Source: Antedon mediterranea (taxonomy: Eukaryota > Animalia > Echinodermata). From it: a DNA stretch of 64,000 bases. The stretch's first letter is position 1. Each line of letters starts with the position of its first letter. The stretch covers positions 1,230,201 to 1,294,200 of the forward strand of contig NC_092670.1 of NCBI RefSeq assembly GCF_964355755.1, read 5' to 3'. The translations under genes were made by a program, and so were the position numbers. Shown here piece after piece: positions 42,596 through 54,342 of this stretch. Under the pieces are notes generated by a model, which saw only the letters and a program-made list of their open reading frames with translations, did not search any database and was not told the DNA's origin.

Positions 42596-45500
42596 TCACA
42601 GTGGATGGACGAGGGCACACTTGGGTAGGTTTTTACTAAAGTACTGGAGTAGTTCGGCAGTAGCACCTTGGCAATTGGTCAGTTCTAGTTCCTCTAAATC
42701 AGTTAGTTGTGTTAATCCAGATAGTCCAGCGGCGGTAAGCAAAGGGCATCCTAAAATAAACAAAACAACATTACAGAAAAGTAACAGAATAAAGCTACTG
42801 TAAATACATACAAAATAATAACTTTCCTACAGTAGAATTGGTTTTGATTTTTGTAGTGCGGTGCTACTTATAATTTCACCAGCTTATTGGAGGTGTTCAT
42901 TTTAATAGAAATCTTTATCGTTGTTAAGGCCCATTTACACTAGGACGATAACGATCGACGATAAATAGACAAATGTGCATTTTTCATACATAAAACAAAA
43001 GAAATATAAACACTTTTCATTCTAGAACTATAGAATAACCTTCTATGCTTCCTTTGATGAAAATGATATTTTCACACGTCCAATCAAATGACGTCACGAT
43101 TAGTAAGAGCAATAATATCGTGACAATACAACGATTTTATTGTTTTTATTTATGACGTCATTTGATTGGAATTTTAAAAATATTATTTTTATCAAAAACA
43201 GCATAAATGATTATCCTATAGTTCTAGAACGAAAACCTTTGTAATTTATTTTGTTTTATGTAAAAAAAATGCATGTTTATATATTTATCGTCCATCGTTA
43301 TCGTCCAAGTGTAAATGGGCCTTTAATCTTTAATTGACGTGGGAAACATGTAAAAATGAATTTACCTGCTACGGAAAGTATCCTCAAACTTTGCATATTG
43401 TACAAATGCTGCAGACCAAAATCTTTAACCTGAGAGCACCAACGTAAATATAGCGCCACCAAACAATTCAACGCAGATAGGTAGCCCATTCCTGTATCAG
43501 TAATTCGCACACACCTACAATACAAAAAAATGTCAAATTTAATAGTCACTGATATTTTGTATTTGTTTAAAACACAAACTGTGCATAAGGCTTTTTCTTT
43601 TCGCGCACGTAACTTGGCCATTTTTAGTATAGGATAGGAAGTCTGTTAACAATTATTGTAGAAACGTCTATCGTAGGCTATACAAAATGTTTATATTCAC
43701 TTATTAAATTCAACTGTGCACATTTAAAAGAAGTAGAGAAACATAATAAATATAGTATAGGCCTTAAGTATACATTTTGATATTCATCAACAAAAATCGC
43801 AATTAATAATTATAATTAGTAAAGTTAACAATTTGAACAATCAATAGCGTCTCATACGATACGCCGACACATAATTGTTGAGCACAAACACGTGACCGCG
43901 CATCATCAAGATTGTAATAGCAATCACTCATTTCATTACAGCTCCGGTCTAAAATGTCATTGCTATAGCAACGGTTAATGTATTACCATTCAATTCCATT
44001 CAACAACATGAAAATACCATTACTGACTCGACCGTCTCTCTGATTTTTTTTATAGCTGTAAATACATACACCCATAGCTTAAAAATTATCTTCATAATTC
44101 TAACGTTTGGGCTACCGTAGAAATTTTGTGATTATGTTTTTAATTTTTTTTATTTAGTTCAACCAAGAATTAACAAATATATCAAATCTAGATGAATCTG
44201 TTTGATATCCCCTACAGCCATATTGGAAACCGGCCCATACGCTAATTTAACCTCGTCAAATTTAACCAAAACGAGGTCATATTTAAAAAATTCACTAATT
44301 TAATAAGTTTATAGTTCCCTTGTGTAACAAATTAGTTTCTAATGTTATTTTATACAATTTCAGGTTAACGCATCCGATATAAATCTGTCCAATCATAATA
44401 GCACATATCACTTCCCGTCAGGTTGATAGTCTGATTATTATGTGTAGTTAATTTGCATGAGGCCGCATTGTTAATTAGTGGTAATTAGTTGTCGTTAGTG
44501 ACACTACCCACCACAAAATTAAAATTAGGGCAACAAAAAAATTCTATAGGTCAAATCAACTGAACTAAAAGTGAGTTATAAAGATCGAAATTATTAGGCC
44601 TACTGTGGCACGCGCGCGTACAAATGTTTTACTAAACCATCGTTTTGACAGACATTTTTAATATTATTTGTACATTTTTATTTGTATACTTATTTATTAT
44701 TTTAAAAAGAATGTTAGTTTTGAAAAAAAAAATCTACTTTCATTAACATAAACATATTTTTTTTATCTCTGTAGAAAATGCATTACTACAGAAAAAAACT
44801 AGGCTCAATAGCTCATGAATATTCATGATAATATCTCTGACGTCATTTCAAAAGGTTAAAACAGTCCCAAATGCCACACAAATCCTTATTGAACGCCAAT
44901 TTAGCTATTGTTTTTCGTAAAACATATCTCAGACGAATTGAATACAAATATTTTAAAGGTTAAACTCATAAAACACAAATTATTTTACAAATTACCAAAC
45001 ATATTTTATGTATATTCAGTGATTGTCGGCGCAAATCCATCCATTATTTGGGAACGAGTAATTACAATTGAAACGCGCTGTAACGCATTAAAAATTCTTA
45101 TTTATTTCAGACTTTGTGATTAGAATTAGGGATCTTCTTGATATCATCAAACGTCAATATACACATTCAATATTTACTTATGTTTGTAGGATTACGGGAT
45201 ATTCGGATTTAGATAACGACGATGAAGCGCCTAATAATTCCTCAAAGGTATTATAAATGTCAGCTAAAGTTCAATATAAAAATTGAAATGATGGAAAGAG
45301 TTTAAATTCGAATAATGCAATGTTTAAATGTTAATATTTTAATGATATATTACGTTTGGTTACTAACAACATTGTATGCGTATGATAGGCCTAATATGCA
45401 TTCGTTGGCATGGTTTGGCGACAACCAGGTGGACCATGTCTTTCAAATGAGGTCTTTATCAAAAAATATCAAAATACGAGGTCATGACTTGGACATATTA

Positions 45501-48500
45501 TTTAAACTTCCAAATTTATAGTCTCACGTTTAAATTATTTTTTAAATACTCATATACAGATAGTATTTTGCTGACAAAATCCGATATTATTAGCATGCTG
45601 AATATATCAATGAAGATATACAAATAATGAAGAGATACTAATGTAATTACTGGTAGACATTTTGCATACCAGCATTTTAAAAATACTATATTTGTTATTC
45701 AAATATTAATGATAATAGGCATTATCAAAGGAGGGCATCAATATATATATATAGGCTATATACTGTACTATTATCGTTGTAGTTTAGTGCGATTAACGAC
45801 GTCACGAAGAAACGAAGTTTACGTGTGCGTGCTAAATATGATAAATTATTATAAATTTTTGGACGCACGCATCAATGTGTGGTTTTCTGATGTGTAGCTG
45901 ACGTCATTCGATAACATGATATAGGCGCACAAACCGTATTCCTATATTACGTAATCGAATGTACGACAACCAATGGAACGCCGCCGGAGACTGCTTAGTA
46001 AACAAACAAAACAAACGAATCGTATATGTAAAGCAAACATTGAAATACAAATCATTAAAGACATACGCTATCCACTTTGCTGATGATCGATATTGGGTCA
46101 CATTTCAAAATTGGCTAAGGTATTTTCAAAATAGTACATTTGTTTTACAGTATATGACTAAAGTTGGGGAAGTGACGTTTCTTTATGCAGCGCAATACAT
46201 TTACCACATCAATCATCGTGAAGAACATATTACGAACAACTCGAATAGGTTCACAATCATAAAACAAGTTCATAACTAAACATGATTAATACAGATAACA
46301 GGATAATTAAAAAATATTCACTTTTTATTTATTTTTTACCTTACTACTTAATCAAAGTAAGTTCAATTGGCATCAGATATGCAAAGGGTAAAGTCCCAAA
46401 AGACAATTGTGTCAATTTCAAACGTCTGCGTAAAGCTTTTTGACATTTATGTCAATTGAATAGGCTCATTGTCAGTACAAACAATAAAATGATTTATACT
46501 AAGTTTCCCAAAATAATGAAACTGAGACACTCCTATTTCCAATGATAATTTGTCTTAAACAGAAAGATAATTTGAGATACTATCTTGGTATCTCTACTTC
46601 TCAAAACATGGATTCATAAACACGGAATTCAAAGATCTTTATCAAGCTAGACCTACAATGTTAATCACAATATACCACCATCTTAGCTAGAAAATGAGTT
46701 CTGTGAAGTGTTAATTATTTTTTAATCAGAAAGAAACAAGAAACAAAAAATGTTTAATGCGGATAAAAGTGATAAATTATTTTGCAATGTTGTCTATGTT
46801 TAAGCATTCACTGTAAAAATACAAAAATGTTCTGTTGGAACTTTTTGCCAATACTGTATTTGTTGAGAATGAGATAATGAGCTTCTTCATGATATTATTA
46901 CTAAAGAGACGGCAATTAAAAATGTTTGACGAAGGACTCACGCCAAGTAGTATTTATAGAATCTAAATTAGTTCCTGACTATTGTACATCTTCATCCCTT
47001 CATTAATCGAGAACGACGTTCTATCCGTGAGAGCGGTTTAGAAAGCCCACGTTTATGACGTAACAGGTCGTATGTAAATTATATTATGCGTGGTTTTATG
47101 GAGGCGTACAAAGCCCCGATTAAAGTAGGACATTTCGAACCCCTGTGCACATAACGTACAGCATTTGAAATGACGCTTCCATTAATCTATTACGTTTCCT
47201 GCGTTGAACAGTAAATTACTTGCCTAACTCAACGTAAGGAAAGTTGTGCGTAAAGGCCCATTCACACTAGAACGATAACGATCGACGATAAATATATAAG
47301 CATGCATTTTTTAAACATAAAACAAAAGAAATTAGAAAGGGTTTCGTTCTAGGACTATAGGATAATCATTTATGCTGTCTTTGATAAAATTAATATTTTT
47401 AAAATTCCAATCAAATGACGTCATGATACATAAAAACAATAAAATCGTTGTATTATCACGATATTATTGCTCTTACTAATCATGACGTCATTTGATTGGA
47501 CGTGTGAAAATATAATTGTCATCAAAGGAAGCATAGATGGTTATTCTATAGTTCTAGAATGAAAAGGTTTTATATTTCTTTTATTTTATGTATGAAAAAT
47601 GCAAATTATTGTCTATTATCGTCGATCGTTATCGTCCTAGTGTGAACGGGCCTTAACAATGTAAGAATATCGTACACATTTAAATATTTGTATTTTAAAA
47701 AACAAGAATGCTATACATACGCGCGCGTAAGACTTTTGCTATACGTCAAGCATATTTGTTTGTACGTGAGACAACGCTTGTTATACTATTGTGTCTAAGT
47801 ACTTATTTATTTGCTTATTCCTAGAATCCGTTCGATAGTGATTAATATTTCATCATCAACTGAACGATGGGTTTCCGGATACGTTTAATTAAGTTTCCTA
47901 TTGAAGATGACATGTCGTGCTTTTTGATAGAAAATTGCCAGTCACTAATAATTCTAAATGAATTCAATCAAGTGAACATTTGATATCCACTGTATAAACA
48001 TACACTCGAGAGCTTGGGGAAAGAAAGGGAATTGTTGAATTTTCACCGATATCGCCGTGTTCAGTTAAAAAACACTATCTATACAACATCTGTTCATTCT
48101 GGTATCATAGGCTGCCTTGTAGTCTCATCAATTATGAAACTCATCTTGGAGTCTTTTCAAACTTTAACAAAATCAATGACCATTTAAAACACCACCATAA
48201 AAATGTTCCTTTAATGATCAGTTTAACTCAAACAGGAAAGACTGAATTTTTAATGACAAGTACACAATACAAAACACATCAACATCATATTTACCTGTCT
48301 AAGATAAGTTCTTCAAGCTTCGGTAAATCACAGGCTATGTGCTCCAGAGCAGTATCTGTAATCCTGGGACACCAGGAGAGGTCAAGCGATTTTAACATCC
48401 CCATGTTCTCAGCAATTAGCCGCACTCCTTCATCTGTAATTTTACTACAACCCGAAAGACTCAACACAGCTAGGCTTGGCAAGCTGCTCACAATATTTAC

Positions 48501-49451
48501 AACAGCATTATTACTAATTTCCCAGCACGATTTTAACCGTAGGACAGACATTGTATCACTTTGTTTCCCGCTAAAATAAGCCAGTACTCCGTCAGTGACG
48601 TGATATGCCTGAAGATTCAGTTCCTGGAGAAATGGTAGACGTTGAGCTATGGCTGCTACGCTATCGTCTGCTACGTTAATACAATCACTAATACTAAGAA
48701 CAGTTATCCTAGGAAGTAAGCTAGACCAGAGACCATTTTCGGTGAAGTCGTTACAACCACTGAGCTCAAGACTTTCTAGGGCCCCGAGTTGTTCGATCAT
48801 TACCTCCAGCCCGGCATCACTTACCGTCGAACGTTTCAGACTGACAGCCTTCAGACATTTCTTTGTTTTAGGACAATGATCTATAAATTCACAGATATCT
48901 AAATCTCCTACATTGACTAAGCACACTGTGTCAAATCCACGTTCTTCAAAACTAACTAAAGAGGTAAATACGCGGGAACCTCCCTCTTTGGTGTCGTAAA
49001 GATCGCGCCTATGTAAAATTGGTGTCACGTCTTTCCAATATTTCGGTTGGTAGAGTATTTTCTTCCATGTTCTACAAACCTGAGCTAGGACACACCTTTC
49101 ACAAGGACTAAAATAACAAAGAAGCTTTTCCAAATACTGTTGACTTTGAAGCAGCTCTGGGAAGTCTTTCGCGCGTAATAATTCAGACCCGCGTCGTACT
49201 GGCGGTGACAGTGCTTTACTTTGGCCTAGAATTCGCTCCTTGAGAGACCGTTTCTCTTTTTGACTTGGTTGTTCTTGTGCTCCCTGGTTATTGTTATTAG
49301 CAGCGTCTGTTTTTGAGCACAAACTCGAGAAGAATCCACTCGCCTTCATGATTTTACTACTGTCTTTGTCAAAACCTGGTCGCGACTCGCCTAAATGAAG
49401 TCCATTAACTATATTCCATGTCTTCTTCACCACTGTTTCCATACCTCTCAT
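42596..49451 (-). CDS. FBXL16: F-box/LRR-repeat protein 16
   Basis: Exons 48295-49451, 43366-43514, 42596-42750. F-box-like [27 protein letters not shown]; LRRs [61 protein letters not shown]; C-terminal [13 protein letters not shown]...ELELTNC. Confidence 0.95.
42927..43322 (+). mobile_element. Harbinger-type MITE family B copy 1 (~400 bp, long imperfect TIRs)
   Basis: TTA|AGGCCCATTTACACTAGGACGATAACGATC ... ATCGTTATCGTCCAAGTGTAAATGGGCCT|TTA; TTA TSD. Confidence 0.85.
47254..47653 (-). mobile_element. Harbinger-type MITE family B copy 2, inverted relative to copy 1
   Basis: TAA|AGGCCCATTCACACTAG ... CTAGTGTGAACGGGCCT|TAA; interior is the reverse complement of 42927-43322. Confidence 0.85.
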
Positions 49452-51152
49452 CTGTCACCTACGAGTAGACACGGTGCGATGAGGATATTACGTGTTATCG
49501 CGATGTCTACAAAAAAACTACGCTTCCATAGCTATCTAATCTTAACATCTAGATAATGAGCTGGAGTATCAAAGCAAACTGCAAAGGAAACGAAACACAT
49601 TAATATTAAGTTCGATCCCTGACCTGACGATGACTCATATTTAATTTTCTACACATCCTCTGATTAAAGTCTCTAGAGCACGCTTCCACTTGTATCATTT
49701 ATTTCATCAACAAAATAGTCTGTCGGTTATTGACGCTGTGCGTACACTTTTCGTTTCGTTATGGAAACATACACCACATTAACGAAATACATAACATTTC
49801 ATGTATTTTACATTTACACCGCGTTCTCATAATTACATTTCTTTACCATCAACAATTTGAATAACATTTTGTTTGAATAAGAACACGCTGTTTAATGCGT
49901 TGTTCTGTTCAGTCATGCTTACACTTAATGCTGTAGGTTGAATGGTTTTAACTTGAACGTATGTGTATTTAGTATCGTATGCTCATTATTTCTCTCATTA
50001 TGAAGAATCGAATATATTACGTATTCATGACGTCAGTGATGGAACAAACGCTGTAATATCGTGTAGAGAGCATCGGGAAGTATAATTACACGGAATATGA
50101 TAATTTCAAACCACGTCATGAATTGTTTATAAAGGTCTACTAAAGAATCAATATATTTTTAATTACACTTTAATGAAAAATCAAGATTTTGTTATTATCA
50201 TTTTCTTTCATTTTATGTTATTTATTTATTTACTTTTTTTACATTTTGTTCAAATAAAATTAGTTTGTTTGTATTAGCAAGTACAACTCCCTGGTTAATA
50301 TATCACTGCAATGTGGCTGGTGGAATAAGTCCACCTAGCCCCAAAACCACTGTATGTGTATATGCCAATATATTAATATTACATGCCAATGTATTATCTT
50401 AGACTAAGAATGAAAATATTATTTGGTTTTCTCTTCTCTCTAAATTTCTAAAATTTACCATAGGTCTACATTAATTTATTCTCCACCTCTTACAAAAAAA
50501 CTACAATCGATCCAGTAAAATGTTACCGTAGTTTATTAATCTTGTCTAGGCCTACACATAATAATGATAAATTGTCTCTCAATTTTTATCACATCTCAAA
50601 AACACATTACAATATTCTCTTCGTATATTCATCGATTCATTCACAAAGGCCTACCATCGGTAATTAGTTTATTTTGCCATCTAAAGGTCATTTTTGTCTG
50701 CAAGCCTTTCAAACTATATTTAATTTAACTGCTTCAAACATAATATCAAGCCATGTAATCAATACTATAAATATAATTAATCATTATTTCTACACACGTC
50801 GTATAATTCGAGCAACCATTTCAAACAATGATGGACTAGTGTAAGGTGAACGCACTTCTTACTATGTTTGTTAGCTTACGTTATATATTTATAGTATGGT
50901 CAATGTTTAGCTGATATATATTTGGTACAGGATGCGATACTAGAGGCAATAAGTAACAGATGTTATGTGTCAATATTATTGAATCAAATGCGCGCGTTTA
51001 TCAAACGGGTACAATAACGCCTTCCAGAGGGCGGCAGAAAACAACTTCTTTCAATACAACTTTGTTTCCATTGTTGAATTATTAAACGGTTATGTATTTC
51101 TTAAAATTGATGTTTACTCTATGTATGTTTTACTTCAATGTACTGCAGAAAT

Positions 51153-51517
51153 GAAATGTAGCCTATATAATGTGATCCACTGTTAAATCAGTATTTTGAA
51201 ATGTAGCCTATATAATGTGATCCACTGTTAAATCAGTATTTTGAAATGTAGCCTATATAATGTGATCCACTGTTAAATCAATATTTTGAAATGTAGCCTA
51301 TATAATGTGATCCACTGTTAAATCAGTATTTTGAAATGTAGCCTATATAATGTGATCCACTGTTAAATCAGTATTTTGAATAGCCTATATAATGTGATCC
51401 ACTGTTAAATCAGTATTTTGAAATGTAGCCTATATAATGTGATCCACTGTTAAATCAGTATTTTGAAATGTAGCCTATATAATGTGATCCACTGTTAAAT
51501 CAGTATTTTGAAATGTT
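51153..51517. repeat. 45-bp minisatellite, ~8 copies
   Basis: GAAATGTAGCCTATATAATGTGATCCACTGTTAAATCAGTATTTT. Confidence 0.95.
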
Positions 51518-52545
51518 ATCATTGTCTTCTTTATTCATGCAATCCTTCAATTCAACAATTATCATCATTAGAATCATTATAAAAATATTCTGGCTTGGAC
51601 GTCCTAGTGAAAGTGATTAATTTAGCTGTTGAAGTCCCCCGAGTCAAGTATGTGTGATAACATTTTTTGTTTTTCTGTTTATCCCGAATAAATTTAATTT
51701 AATTATTAAAATAATAAAAAAATACCTTCTGAGAAATATTTTAATTTCTCAACCTCTGTACTCAAATCTGTACTCCTTTACGTATAATATTGAAATTTAA
51801 AAAAGTTTACTCAAAATAATATGTAGGACAAAACTTATTTATTAGGAGTTTCGTAATAGTATCATACGGTACTATGTGATTTATAAAAATTATTATATTT
51901 ATTATAATTATTATTATATTTATTATAAATATTAATAGTTAGTTATTTAGTCCTCTTTCTTAAAGAAATATAATAAAATAAGCAAGAAATACACAAAAAA
52001 AAACCCCATTATTAACGTCAATTGTCAATTTCGGACCAAATTGTCATTATTCGGCTGACCAATCATACGTCATGCATAACATGGAGGATTTTCCTCCATC
52101 GTCATAATTACTATTGAATTACGTAAACCATTAAGGTTCTAAAATTGTCTGTTTTACGTCACGTTACGATTTTAATTCCGTGGTTGGCAATTATGTGGAC
52201 ATAGTTCAAATTATTTTAATGTATTTTATTTACGGCTGATGAGTCTTGAACACAATGCCATTTTTACAATAGTATAAATGCGAATGTTTGACGACATAGA
52301 AAGAGTTGAACTGTCGATTGAACCACTGTGTTGCGTATACGCGCCTCTGCGCATCTATTGGTCACCATCCCTTGTAAAATTCTTAGGAGCCAATCCGAGG
52401 TAGGCCTATAGGCCTATTATCTAAAAAACCGTAGTGTCGTACCTAAGCTCATGTATTCGCCCTCTACCGTTAGTCCACTGAGAACGTACTTAAAGGCAGG
52501 GAAATCCAAACTTGCAACAAAGTCTGAGGATAGTCCGGACGAATC

Positions 52546-54299
52546 ATGGCAACCTTAGGTCACCAATTACTGCTAGGTTTTGTGCTTGTATTCGTGAATA
52601 ACGCGTTTAGCGGACAAACTGGGGAAGATAAAACGATTTATATTGGTAGTTTTGTTTTGGATCGATCGATAAGCTTTGTAGTTGATGGGATTACATACGG
52701 GCAGAACAGAGCTCTGGAGTTCATCAATAATTCTACAGATATCTTAGCTGGATACAAACTTGATGTTGTACAAAGGTGGACATCTGTAAGTTTTCGATTT
52801 TTTTATTTGGCGTTCCAGCACACATCACGACACAATTTCATTTTTTTGTTCATACATTGTTTGAATGGACTGAAACAACTGATATATTCTACATTATTAT
52901 TACCATAATATTATAACCAAAAGGATACATATTTATGTATTCATTGATTGAAAATGTATAGGTCTACATAACAGATAGATAACGATCGGACAGAAACTGT
53001 GGAACTTAAGCACTTAAGAACTTTTCAATGTAATGTGTTACGAGTTTGTTACAGGAATTTGGTAAATGATATTCTGTTGTACTCTGGTGTTGAGAATGTC
53101 GCGTGTCGAAAAGTCCCCCACCCACCTTCAATGCGCATGACATCTCTGCCACCTAATCATTGTTTCAATGCACCAACTGCCAACCAGACGTTGTTGGATA
53201 TTAAAACAATGGAAATTTGTAACACGACTTCCTAATCAAGCATTCGAAGTGTGCTTAAGGTTGATGAAAGTCAAATACTAAAAACAAAAAAATCGAGATT
53301 AGCTTAATTAAAAGCCAATGTCATTAGCGCACTTATTCTAATTAATCCGACTGTTTTTGAATTTGTACGTATTAAAAGAGTGGGCGTCAAGAAAATACAT
53401 TTTATATATTCATATTGTTTTAGTTAATATTATTAAATTTTTTGTTTGAAGGGATTAATAAATTTTTGTTTGCAGGTTTTGAAGAATACAAGTAATAAAC
53501 AAATGCTATGTAGGCCTATAGCTTACACATACATCTAAATGAATTCTAACAATCTATATTATTTCTAACCATAATCATCATTCAGTTCACATTATTCACA
53601 TCTCTGCTCAATCATGAACAAGGAAGCGATGGATCAGTTTTTAGCAGTTGATATCTGATTATTAAATGAGAAGGAATAATTGTTTTTTAACAAAACGTAT
53701 TCATAAAAAATGCAAAAACAAAAATTAATCAAAAAGATAGACCACTAATTGTTAAAAATTAGAAAAATACTAAATGAGAAAAAGGAGTCTTGCAATAGCT
53801 TGAGAGCCATGGAAAGATTTTTTTATTTTCTAGTTTTATTAATCTTCTAAATAAGCAAGGGCATTGGCTTAAATTTTTTTTTTTAAAGGAAGAAAAGAAA
53901 AGCGTCTTATTGTCATTAGTACAAATTAATAAAGAAAATTGGCATATATCCTTGAGTAAGATATAACAGGTATATATTACAAAATTAGTCTACAAATCCG
54001 TAAAAGTTGATTATTGTAAGAAATGGCAAAAATAACGCAGACAAAAAAATCTGTTATTTTATTTCATTTTTCTTTAAAGAAAAATATTAAAAAGTAGTAT
54101 TGATTGATTGATTGATTCTTTTATTTTTCACACAACATTCATAAAAATATATAAGTACAATAAAGTGTGAAAAACAGGATAACCACAAGCAAGCAAAGCT
54201 TTTAATCTGTGGCACCCTAACTTAAAATATAAATTTACAAATATATTACAAAAATGTTTTCATGTAGTAAATAAATGAAGGAAAATACAACGTACTATA

Positions 54300-54342
<43 letters not shown>

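Noticed and set aside
52236-52260. CTGATGAG hammerhead-like core upstream of the GPCR
   Set aside because: No stem II closing onto GAAA and no stem I/III partners found.
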